NCBI GenBank assembly: GCA_965199995.1
Contig: OZ241328.1
Coordinates: 524,316 to 588,315 of the forward strand
DNA length: 64,000 nucleotides
Origin: Dehalococcoidia bacterium
GTDB lineage: Bacteria > Chloroflexota > Dehalococcoidia > Lucifugimonadales > UBA3495
Direction of reading: 5' to 3'
Of the stretch, positions 55,834-64,000 are shown piece by piece; the first letter of the stretch is position 1, and each line of letters starts with the position of its first letter. The notes under the pieces are model-generated. The model was not told the DNA's origin, did no database searches, and saw only the letters and a list, made by a program, of their open reading frames with translations. Both the position numbers and the translations under genes were made by a program.

Positions 55834-56640
55834 TCATCCCAGCGTAATCTGTTGGCAGTCTTGGGCAATAGCTATGGGGCCGGCATAACGTTGGGCTGCT
55901 TCCACGCCCAGAGGTTCGGGGCCGGCGTGATATGCGTCGGTGAGGTGGGTGAGGATGAGGCTGGCAACTCCGGCTTCATCCGCCGCTTGGCCGGCTTCAC
56001 CGGCGGTGCAATGCCCGGCAGCGGCGGCGGAGCCGACGTCCCCGACGCAGAAGGCTTCGTGGATTAACAGGTCTGCGCCCTCCGCCGCTTTCACGACATC
56101 CGGGCTATAACGGGTGTCGCCGGAGAATACGATGGCTTTGCCGTCGCACTCTACGCGCCAGCCTGAAGCTCCGGTGATGTGGTTGGCCGGGAAGCGCCAG
56201 GCTATCGTTCGAGGCCCCAGTTCTATAACTTGACCCGGCGCAACAGGCCGCCAGCTAAGAATCTCCCGCCCCTCAAGGTTGCGCCCAAAGTTACCTGAAA
56301 TGTCCCAAATGTTCAATCGGGTGGCCAGACATTGACGCTTTAGACCCTCCAGGGCCTCATAGGATGCGTGGATTCTCAATGGGCTGTTGTCGGGGGCGAA
56401 CAGAGCGCGGTCAAATTGCACGAAGTCTATCCCGGACATGTGGTCGGGATGGTCGTGAGAGAGCAGAATGTCGTCAAACTCTCGCAGGTTGATGCCCACG
56501 GCATTGGCCTGGCGCAACGCAGAGTTGCCAGAGCTTGCGTCCAGCAGCAGCTTCGTTCCGTCGGGGCATTCCAGAGTCATAGCCGTGTGCGCTCGCAGGG
56601 TTGAGCTCCCTGCCCCGGTGCCCAAGAACGTTATCTTCAT
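55834..56640 (-). CDS. MBL-fold metallo-hydrolase (tandem paralog)
   Basis: 268 aa. LLSHDHPDHMSG. Collinear similarity to 54991-55806 from the N-terminus (KITFLGTGAG vs LEVIFLGTGAG). Confidence 0.8.
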   Translation of the reverse strand: MKITFLGTGAGSSTLRAHTAMTLECPDGTKLLLDASSGNSALRQANAVGINLREFDDILLSHDHPDHMSGIDFVQFDRALFAPDNSPLRIHASYEALEGLKRQCLATRLNIWDISGNFGRNLEGREILSWRPVAPGQVIELGPRTIAWRFPANHITGASGWRVECDGKAIVFSGDTRYSPDVVKAAEGADLLIHEAFCVGDVGSAAAAGHCTAGEAGQAADEAGVASLILTHLTDAYHAGPEPLGVEAAQRYAGPIAIAQDCQQITLG

Positions 56641-56648
56641 AGCCGGCT

Positions 56649-57746
56649 CTACTGGCGCCCCTGGGGGTGAGCCTGCTCGCGCAGCAGGCTGAGGGCGCGC
56701 AGAACCGGCGCTTCGGTAAAGCTGAACAGCACCGCCGGCTCGGTATCCGAGGCGTTGGCGTGTTCATGGTAATTCCAGCCGGGGACGGCGAAGACGTCTT
56801 TGTCTTCCCATTCCAGGGCCTCGCCGTTTATTACTGAGCGGCCCTGCCCTTGAACTACATGGTATATAGCGCCGGCGGTATGGCGGTGGGCCTGGGTGGC
56901 CTCGCCGGGGCGCAGCATTTGGATATGGCAGGCAATAGTGGGCATAACCGGGCCGCCGGTATTGGGGTTGGTGTATTCCATGATGACTCCGTCGAAAGGG
57001 CTCCCGTCCACTTCCGGGGCGAGCCTTTGCAGCGTTTCCCAAGTCTGCTTCCAGGGATAATGTAGCAATGGGGAGTGAGACGCGCCGCCGTTCTCCCATG
57101 TGGGGCGGAGGGTGCCGGCGCCGTAGCGAGTGAGCGATGAGTCTGGGGGGGTGGTGACGGGCTGAACGTCTTCAGGGTAAGGCTCGTAGTAGACGGCCTC
57201 CAGCATATGAACCAGCGGAATGTCTAGCCCGTCCAGCCAGATGATGGGGTCGGCCGTGTCGTTGGCGTGGTCGTGCCAGGTCCAGTTGGGAGTCAGCACT
57301 AGGTCGCCGGGGAACATGGGTATGCGGTCGCCGTTGACCGTGGTGGAGCCGCCTTGGCTGTCGATGATGAAGCGCAAGGCTGCCGGCGTGTGCCGGTGCG
57401 CCCGCGCCGCCTCGCCCGGCATCACGATTTGCAGACCGGCGAACATGGAGTTGGTGGTTGCGATACGGTTCAGGCCGGGATTCAGCAACATAAGCACTCG
57501 GCGCTCGGCATCGGCGGTGCCGATTAGGTCACCGGCCCGCAAAGCCTGGGGCCGAAGGTCGCGCCACCGCCAGAGAAAAGGCATTGCCTTGCTCTTGGGC
57601 TCGGCCACCAGGGCCTCCTCCTGTACCAGCCAGAGGGGGGATGTACCGATTTCCCGCAGTTCGTCGTAGAAATGTTCCAGGGTTTCCCTTGTTGCTGCCG
57701 AACTCGATAGCATCCTTATGCCTCCCGTCAGGCTGGAATAGAACAC
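56649..57746 (-). CDS. bicupin dioxygenase, gentisate 1,2-dioxygenase-like
   Basis: 365 aa with two cupin motifs (PGEAARAHRHTPAALRFII and PGEATQAHRHTAGAIYHVV). Confidence 0.7.
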   Translation of the reverse strand: MFYSSLTGGIRMLSSSAATRETLEHFYDELREIGTSPLWLVQEEALVAEPKSKAMPFLWRWRDLRPQALRAGDLIGTADAERRVLMLLNPGLNRIATTNSMFAGLQIVMPGEAARAHRHTPAALRFIIDSQGGSTTVNGDRIPMFPGDLVLTPNWTWHDHANDTADPIIWLDGLDIPLVHMLEAVYYEPYPEDVQPVTTPPDSSLTRYGAGTLRPTWENGGASHSPLLHYPWKQTWETLQRLAPEVDGSPFDGVIMEYTNPNTGGPVMPTIACHIQMLRPGEATQAHRHTAGAIYHVVQGQGRSVINGEALEWEDKDVFAVPGWNYHEHANASDTEPAVLFSFTEAPVLRALSLLREQAHPQGRQ

Positions 57747-57777
57747 CGGAATATTAAGATACGTTGGGGAAAGCGGC

Positions 57778-58428
57778 TTACGCGCCGTTGCGCTGTTCCT
57801 GCCATGCCGCCAGCCGCGCCTCCAGCGCCCGTTGCCGCAGGGCGACGGTCAAGTCACCGCGGGTGCGTTCCAGAACGGCTCGCATGGCGTCGGTGGTATG
57901 GCGCAGGCCGCCGGTCACAGCCTCGGGAAAGTCTACAGTTACCAGCACGCCGTATATCTCGTCCATAACTTCCATCAGTTCTTCGCAGCGTTCCACGCTG
58001 TCTCGGCGCAAGGCGTCGAGGATGTACCGGCGCAGCTCGCCGATTACTTCCGCCATGCCGTTGAGATATGCAGGCGGGTCTATGCCCAACTCCTCGGCGG
58101 TAGGAATGTCGTTGCCGGAGATGATGGCAAAGGTAATGTTGGCCTCGGTGAATTCTTTACGGGCGTCGTTTAGGAAACCCGCATTGTAGATTAGCGGGTT
58201 GTCGGCTCTGATATGCTCTGCATCCTGCAGACGGGATTCGGCGGACTGGATTAGCCGGCGAGCTTCATCGAAATCAGAGCGGTGGACGGCACGGATGGCA
58301 TTTGCCGAGGAGCGAATCACTTCCCGGGATACCGACAGCCCTTCTTCCCGGTCGCGGTTGCGGCCTGTGAGCTGCTCGATGGCGTGATTGCCGATGCTGG
58401 AGAGATGGGCGCTGTATCGAGACGGCAT
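57778..58428 (-). CDS. translin-family protein
   Basis: 216 aa. YLNGMAEVIGELRRY and VDFPEAVTGGLRHTTDAMRAVLERTRGDL resemble translin/TRAX motifs. It overlaps the thiE stop by 1 nt. Confidence 0.55.
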   Translation of the reverse strand: MPSRYSAHLSSIGNHAIEQLTGRNRDREEGLSVSREVIRSSANAIRAVHRSDFDEARRLIQSAESRLQDAEHIRADNPLIYNAGFLNDARKEFTEANITFAIISGNDIPTAEELGIDPPAYLNGMAEVIGELRRYILDALRRDSVERCEELMEVMDEIYGVLVTVDFPEAVTGGLRHTTDAMRAVLERTRGDLTVALRQRALEARLAAWQEQRNGA

Positions 58429-59402
58429 TAGACTCGGCCCCCGGCGTCGGCGATGGCGGCGGTCATTTGGGCTGCCGCGGCTTCCGGTTCTTTGGCGGAG
58501 CCTACGGCGGCAGTAACGCAGATGGCGTCGGCGCCAGCTTCCACCACCGGGGCTACGTTGCCGAGGTTGATGCCGCCAATGGCGACTAGGGGCGTGTCTC
58601 CGGCGATGGACTTGGCCTCCCGAACCCGCTCCGGCCCCTGGGGATTGCGGGCGACGCCCTTGCTGGTGGTGGCGTAAATTGCGCCGAAAGCGAGGTGGTC
58701 CGCCCCCATTTCTTTGGACTCCGCCAGTTGCTCGAACTCGCGGTTAGAGCGTCCCAGAACCTGATGGGGCGCGAGAATCTGGCGCGCCTGGGGCACTGGC
58801 AGGTCTGTCTGGCCGACGTGCAGCCCCCCGGAGCCTACTGCCGCCGCTATATCCGCGTGGTCGTTGATTATCAGCAATGCTCCGTTGCGCTGGCATAAAT
58901 TCTGGAGCGCCGCAGCTAGAGGCAATGACTCGCCCTTGTCTCGCAGTTTATCGCGCAACTGCAACATTCGCGCCCCCCCGTTGACCGCGGCAACGGCGAT
59001 TTCCAGCGGGTCGCGGCCTCCGGTGACTTGCGGGTCTATGATGACGTACAGGCCCCGCACTTGGTCGGCGCTTTCGCGGCGGAGGGCCGCGCTAACCTCG
59101 GCCGACAACTCTTCGAGGGATTGCCGGACGCGCCCGGCTATTTCCCACGGGATGGGGCTGGAAGATTCGTTGGCCTCCAGTTGCGATAAGAGCAATTGCG
59201 CTGTGGCAATCATTGACAGAGTCTGCTCGCCTGTCTGTGGGGGAGCGTCTGCCGGGGAATCTAGAGCCAATGGAGAGGGCAGAGATGGCAGCAATTGGGC
59301 TAACCCGCGATGGGAACCGGCTGCCGAAGCCGGCGGCCCGGAAGCCAGAGCGCTCAGACAGTGGTGAATCATGGAATAGCGGCTGTGTCCGTCGTTGCTC
59401 AC
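58428..59402 (-). CDS. thiE: thiamine-phosphate synthase with a ~110-aa N-terminal extension
   Basis: The core LYVIIDPQ...MLQLRDK...HVGQTDLP...IGGI matches ThiE. The GTG start at 59402 is uncertain, and internal ATGs are possible. Confidence 0.8.
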   Translation of the reverse strand: MSNDGHSRYSMIHHCLSALASGPPASAAGSHRGLAQLLPSLPSPLALDSPADAPPQTGEQTLSMIATAQLLLSQLEANESSSPIPWEIAGRVRQSLEELSAEVSAALRRESADQVRGLYVIIDPQVTGGRDPLEIAVAAVNGGARMLQLRDKLRDKGESLPLAAALQNLCQRNGALLIINDHADIAAAVGSGGLHVGQTDLPVPQARQILAPHQVLGRSNREFEQLAESKEMGADHLAFGAIYATTSKGVARNPQGPERVREAKSIAGDTPLVAIGGINLGNVAPVVEAGADAICVTAAVGSAKEPEAAAAQMTAAIADAGGRV

Positions 59403-59740
59403 AGGTCAAGCCCCTTGGGAGTCTCGCCCGAGCGGGCGGCGTCTATGTTGTCTCGGACGGCCGGCGGCATATCCACGCCGAATTTTTGGAAAGCAGCTTC
59501 CACATTCCGTCCGATGTTGCGGGGGTCTTGGTAGTACTCCGGCGAGCGATGCCCGCTGCCGGGCGCGAACTGCTCATGGACCGAGGCCACCGTCTTGCCC
59601 ATGGCGAAAGTCGACATCCGCCGCGACATATCTCTGCTGCCGCAGTAGGAGCAGACGGCAGTAATTTCGCTGTTGATAGAGCGCACAAAGAAAGACGACA
59701 CCCGCCCGCAGTCCTGGCACCTGTATTCGTATATGGGCAT
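59399..59740 (-). CDS. FmdB-family zinc-ribbon protein
   Basis: MPIYEYRCQDCG...CSYCGS. Confidence 0.8.
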   Translation of the reverse strand: MPIYEYRCQDCGRVSSFFVRSINSEITAVCSYCGSRDMSRRMSTFAMGKTVASVHEQFAPGSGHRSPEYYQDPRNIGRNVEAAFQKFGVDMPPAVRDNIDAARSGETPKGLDL

Positions 59741-59859
59741 CAAGCCCTCCCTCCAAGAGTTGTCCCAAAATTAAAACAGTGTTTATGAAATCTAAACAAT
59801 CATATGCCGGACATCAACCGGAAATCCGCCATTGGCTGGATTCCGGACAATCCCTTATG

Positions 59860-60189
59860 CTATTGACTATCATCAGAACCGCCGGTAATCTCGCGCCGCA
59901 TCCGGTCGAAATCAGGGGTGGTTTGCCCGCCCATCTCCTGCTTGATCCTGCCCATATACCGGTCGATGCTGGCAGGGCTGTTCTCGTCCACATCTCTGGC
60001 GGTTTCGCTGCTAGGCGCCCAATTCAGGCTGTCGCCCCATGACGGACGGAAAGAGAAAGCGGACATCAGCCGCGTCATGTCCGTTCCGCCGCACTGGCGG
60101 CACTCCACAGAGTTCTCAGCCGTCCAACTATAGACGAGCTTGGAAGTAACGGCGTTGCAATCTCCGCAACGGTATTCGTATATAGGCAT
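59860..60189 (-). CDS. FmdB-family zinc-ribbon protein (paralog)
   Basis: MPIYEYRCGDCN...CRQCGG. Confidence 0.8.
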   Translation of the reverse strand: MPIYEYRCGDCNAVTSKLVYSWTAENSVECRQCGGTDMTRLMSAFSFRPSWGDSLNWAPSSETARDVDENSPASIDRYMGRIKQEMGGQTTPDFDRMRREITGGSDDSQ

Positions 60190-60232
60190 AGCAAGAGTAT
60201 TTTAGCACGGCGACGATACAGGCGCAGGGAGT

Positions 60233-60460
60233 CTACTGGTCTTGCAGGCGGCGGAGTTGTTCCCGTAGCCGCTCCACCTCTGCCAACGCCGCGTCGTGCT
60301 CGGCTTCAGAGGCCAATCGGGCGGCGCGTTCCTCGCCGACGCTGCGCAGATAGCGGCCGGTTTCGTAATACAACCGCCGGCGGTTGCGGCGCACAGGCAC
60401 AGGTCGCGGCCAATCATACCAACGACGTGCAGGAGCCGGCGGTCTGCGGCGCACAGGCAC
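60233..60460 (-). CDS. hypothetical Arg/Pro-rich protein with a C-terminal coiled coil; possibly the 3' part of a decayed longer gene
   Basis: 75 aa with a GTG start, preceded by an in-frame TGA and further copies of the PVPVRRRPPA-encoding repeat (60385-60555). Confidence 0.3.
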   Translation of the reverse strand: MPVRRRPPAPARRWYDWPRPVPVRRNRRRLYYETGRYLRSVGEERAARLASEAEHDAALAEVERLREQLRRLQDQ

Positions 60461-60572
60461 AGGTCACGGCCAATCATACCAGCCGGCGGTCTGCGGCGCA
60501 CAGGCACAGGTGCATACCAACGAGCCGGCGGTCTGCGGCGCATAGGCACAGGTCTAGGGCGGTGCTGTAACC

Positions 60573-61203
60573 TCAGACCATCCCGTCCTTTTCGGTGGTC
60601 AGTTCGACGGGCTGATACTCTCCGCCGGTCAGAATGTCTCCCGCCAGGGAGGAACCATAGCGGGCGCCGCCGGTGGGGTCGGAACGCCAGTATTCGCCGA
60701 TTCCAATTTGGGCATAGAGCGTTTGTTTGGGGCCGGTGTCTCCCCGGCGGCGGGTAGTGTGAGAAGCTGCCTCCAGGGCGAAGCCAGGGGGCTTGCCCGC
60801 CTCGTGAATTACGTATCCGTCCGCTGCCTTATGGAGCGGGTGTCCACGCCAAAACCACATAGACGCCGGGGCGAACCCGTCCACGGCGAAGGTCATCGGG
60901 ATTGCAGAAAACAAAGCTGCCCGTATCCGCCAGCGTGCTGGGCTGACTGGAGTAATAGTCCCGGAGCAGATGGCCTGATTCATCGATAGGCTCGGCTTGA
61001 AGCATATCTTCTCGCAGATATTTCGGGCCGGGGCAAATGAAACCTTCGGGCAAAATTTGCTTGTATGGCAGGAATGGAACAGAAAGGTTCGACGCTTTTG
61101 AGGTCATAGCGGGCCTCACGCCATGCGGTGGTGCGGAGTCGGGTGACTTTAGCGTAGATGATAGCAAAGGGACGGCGCCGGGAAAACTCGCCGCATACGG
61201 CAT
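60573..61203 (-). pseudogene. Uma2-family (DUF820) endonuclease, frameshifted
   Basis: The N-terminal half is in ORF 60829-61203 (...GSFVFCNPDDLRRGRVRPGVYVVL). The C-terminal half is in another frame, 60573-60983 (PGFALEAASHTTRRRGDTGPKQTLYAQIGIGEYWRSDP). Confidence 0.6.
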
Positions 61204-61405
61204 TTCTCAATTATAGTTGAGGTCTTACTAAGGCCAGGGAAAGATAGGCGATAAGCGTCCCGCCGGAAACCCGGCCCGAATTCTGGGAAGCGTTCAACCA
61301 CCGCTGGGCAAAAATCCTGGCCGAACCGGAGTAAGGGCAGGCCGGAATTTCCCACCCCTGCTGTATAATGCGGCTACCCAGCATATAGCCGCGCGAGGTG
61401 CCGCC

Positions 61406-64000
61406 ATGACCATGCCCCTCTTTCCCCAGGAGCGACAGCCGCTCTTGATGATTATGGACGGCCATGCCATGGTGCATCGCTCTTTCCGCGCCATCTCGAC
61501 TCAGCGCAACTTGACCAGCGCCACGGGCGAGGACACCACCGGCGTATACGGCTTCGCCAACGTGTTCCTGCGGGCATTGCAGGAGTGGAATCCGGCCTAC
61601 TGCGCCATCGCCTTCGATACCGCGGCGCCCACCTTTCGGCACGAGCAGTTCGTGGACTACAAGGCGCAGCGCCCGCCTACGCCGCCGGAATTGCGGCCCC
61701 AGTTCGACCGGGTGAAACAGCTTATGGCGGCCTTCGGCGTTCCGGTGTTCGAGCTGGACGGCTGGGAGGCCGATGACGTAATCGGTACGCTGACCCAGCA
61801 GGCCGAAGAGTCGGGCATCGACTCGGTGATACTTACGGGCGACCGTGACACCTTCCAACTCATCTCTCCCCATGTACGGGTGGATATGGCCTCCAGTATC
61901 CAGGAGCGGAAGGTGTATGACGAGGCGGGTCTGGCGGAACGCTACTCGGGCTTAACCGCGGCCCAACAGCCCGACTTCAAAGCGCTGGTCGGCGACAATT
62001 CCGATAATATCCCCGGAGTCCCCAAGGTGGGGGAAAAGCGCGCCGCCGCTCTGCTGGGGGAGTATGGCAGTCTGGAAGGGATCTACGAGAACTTGGATGC
62101 GGTGAAACCTCCCAGCGTCAAGGCGGCGTTGGGCGAGAACAAGGCCCGCGCTTTCGAGAACCGCGGCCTGATGACCATTGCCCGCCACGCTCCGTTGACG
62201 CTGGACTTGGAGCAATGCCGTTTCTGGCGATATGACCGCCGCGTCGTGGTGGATTTTTTGACGGAACTGCAATTCCACAGCGTAATCTATCGCGTTCCTC
62301 AGCCCGACGGTCCGGAAGTTGCCGGGAAAGCCGAAATGACTACCGACTACGCCGTTGTCCAGACGCCGGCTCAACTGGACTCGATGATTACCGCCATTGA
62401 GGAAGCGGGCAGCTTCGCTTTCGACACCGAGACTACCTCCATAGATGCTATGCGGGCCGAGCTGGTGGGGCTGTCTTTCGCCATAGCTCCGGGCCGGGCA
62501 TGGTACATCCCTGTGGGGCACCGCGAGGGCAAGCAGTTATCCATGGAGTCTGTGCTGGCCGCTGTTCGCCCGCTGTTTGAGTCTTCGGACCTCGCCAAGT
62601 GCGCCCACAACGCCAACTACGACATAACCGTGCTGGCTAATCACGGAGTCAAGTGCGCCGATGTGGACTTCGACACAATGATTGCCGCCCATGTTCTGGG
62701 TGGCAATTATAACCAGCTTGGCCTGAAGGACCTGTCCATGGAAAAGCTGGGACACGAGATGACCAACATCAAAGATCTCATAGGCACGGGGCGAAAGCAG
62801 ATTACCTTCGACCAGGTGGACATCCCTGCCGCCGCCGACTATGCCGCCGCGGACTCAGACATTACCTTTCGCCTTCGAGACTTATTCGAGCCTCAGTTGC
62901 AACAGCATAACTTGCGCGGCCTGATGGACAGCACCGAGATGGCTCTTTTGCCCGTCTTGGTGACTATGCAGCGCCATGGCATAAAGATGGACGCCGGCGT
63001 GCTTCATGAGATGTCCGCCGATTTGTACCGGCAGATGACGGAGATTGAAAACGCAATCTACCAGTCCATCGGCCACACGGTGAACATAAACTCCCCGCAA
63101 CAGTTGAGTTCCCTTTTGTTCCAGGAATTGGGGCTGACAAAGACCAAGCGCACGAGAACCGGCTACTCCACTGACGCCAATGCCCTGGAGTCCCTGAGGA
63201 GCGAGCACCCGGTGGTAGAGCAGATACTGGAATACCGCCAGGTATCCAAGCTCAAGTCCACCTATGTTGACGCCCTGCCCGAGATGATTAACCCGGTCAC
63301 TGGACGGGTTCATACGAGCTACAACCAGACAGGCTCGGCCACCGGCCGCATATCCAGCAGCGATCCCAATTTGCAGAATATCCCCATCCGCACCGAGTTG
63401 GGCCGCGAGGTGCGCCGCGCTTTTGTTGCCGAGGGCGCGCCCGACTGGCAGCTTTTCTCGGCCGACTACTCCCAGATAGAGCTGCGAGTGCTGGCCCATC
63501 TTTCGCAGGACCCCGGGCTGCTGGATGCTTTCCGGCGGGGCGAGGACATCCATTCCGCCACCGCGTCGCTGATGTTCGAGGTGCCGCTGAACGAAGTTGA
63601 CTCGGAAATGCGCCGTATTGCCAAGGTGCTGAACTTTGGCGTTATCTACGGCCTGTCGCCCCACGGAATCTCCCAGCAGACGGGCTTCAGCCGCGAGCGA
63701 GGCAAGGAGTTCATAGATACCTACTTCGCCAAATACCCCGGAATCAGCGAGTATTTGGAGGAGGTTAAGACTCAGGCTCGCGCTGACCAGTATGTGGAGA
63801 CGGTGATGGGCCGCCGCCGCTATCTGCCGGATATCAATAGCAGCAACTTCAATACCCGAAGCGCCGCCGAGCGCATGGCCATCAATATGCCGGTTCAAGG
63901 CACCGCCGCTGACATAATGAAGCTGGCTATGATTCGAGTCCAGCGCCGGCTTGACGCCGAGGGGATGCGCACCAGGATGCTGCTCCAGGTTCACGATGAA
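61406..64000 (+). CDS. polA: DNA polymerase I (3' end outside window)
   Basis: Absent from the ORF track because no stop falls inside the window. Hand translation from the ATG at 61406: MTMPLFPQERQPLLMIMDGHAMVHRSFRA... (5'-3' exonuclease domain). The frame is open for 865 codons to 64000 and ends ...RMLLQVHDE (Pol A motif). Confidence 0.9.
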   Translation, partial: MTMPLFPQERQPLLMIMDGHAMVHRSFRAISTQRNLTSATGEDTTGVYGFANVFLRALQEWNPAYCAIAFDTAAPTFRHEQFVDYKAQRPPTPPELRPQFDRVKQLMAAFGVPVFELDGWEADDVIGTLTQQAEESGIDSVILTGDRDTFQLISPHVRVDMASSIQERKVYDEAGLAERYSGLTAAQQPDFKALVGDNSDNIPGVPKVGEKRAAALLGEYGSLEGIYENLDAVKPPSVKAALGENKARAFENRGLMTIARHAPLTLDLEQCRFWRYDRRVVVDFLTELQFHSVIYRVPQPDGPEVAGKAEMTTDYAVVQTPAQLDSMITAIEEAGSFAFDTETTSIDAMRAELVGLSFAIAPGRAWYIPVGHREGKQLSMESVLAAVRPLFESSDLAKCAHNANYDITVLANHGVKCADVDFDTMIAAHVLGGNYNQLGLKDLSMEKLGHEMTNIKDLIGTGRKQITFDQVDIPAAADYAAADSDITFRLRDLFEPQLQQHNLRGLMDSTEMALLPVLVTMQRHGIKMDAGVLHEMSADLYRQMTEIENAIYQSIGHTVNINSPQQLSSLLFQELGLTKTKRTRTGYSTDANALESLRSEHPVVEQILEYRQVSKLKSTYVDALPEMINPVTGRVHTSYNQTGSATGRISSSDPNLQNIPIRTELGREVRRAFVAEGAPDWQLFSADYSQIELRVLAHLSQDPGLLDAFRRGEDIHSATASLMFEVPLNEVDSEMRRIAKVLNFGVIYGLSPHGISQQTGFSRERGKEFIDTYFAKYPGISEYLEEVKTQARADQYVETVMGRRRYLPDINSSNFNTRSAAERMAINMPVQGTAADIMKLAMIRVQRRLDAEGMRTRMLLQVHDE

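Noticed and set aside
59744-59859. TPP riboswitch upstream of the fmdB-thiE operon.
   Set aside because: No CUGAGA or ACCUGAUCUGGAUAAUGCCAGCG-like elements are present. The region is short and AT-rich, more like a plain promoter.
61211-63994. Large minus-strand ORFs (220, 189 and 370 aa) listed in the track.
   Set aside because: They are antisense shadows of polA, which is itself missing from the track because it has no stop inside the window. They match no recognisable family and are a typical high-GC artefact.

Overview
The window is high-GC bacterial chromosomal DNA (sample lines counted by eye are about 60-70% GC) and is densely coding. All homology calls come from motif recognition by eye; no searches were run. 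The gene content suggests Chloroflexota or a related Terrabacteria lineage, but that is inference only: DUF3090/SCO1664 pair, decaprenyl-phosphate phosphoribosyltransferase-like UbiA, translin-like protein, PaREP1-like remnant, Gram-positive-type LexA box. Housekeeping genes: gltB (5'-truncated)/gltD, pyk, gyrB, rpsT, lexA, the nusA-ylxR-infB-rbfA-truB operon, cobQ, cysteine synthase plus a MoeB/ThiF adenylyltransferase, ychF, comM/yifB, thiE and polA (3'-truncated). There are two lower-GC restriction-modification islands. One is a small Type II pair at 7951-9158. The other is a Type III mod-res locus at 35383-40166. The strongest finding is that the Type III mod gene is split by a (GA)10 dinucleotide tract, so losing one unit restores a 627-aa Mod. 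This looks like a phase-variable (phasevarion-like) switch currently in the OFF state. Other notable items are a perfect 15-bp x ~45 tandem array between two divergent promoters (50154-50830) and a 21-bp x ~10 array seeded from a REP hairpin. There is also a dispersed REP/MITE family, a promoter plus terminator/antiterminator leader upstream of moeB-cysM, a D-aminoacylase with an inserted Rieske-like domain, and several decaying genes. No tRNA, rRNA or CRISPR was seen.
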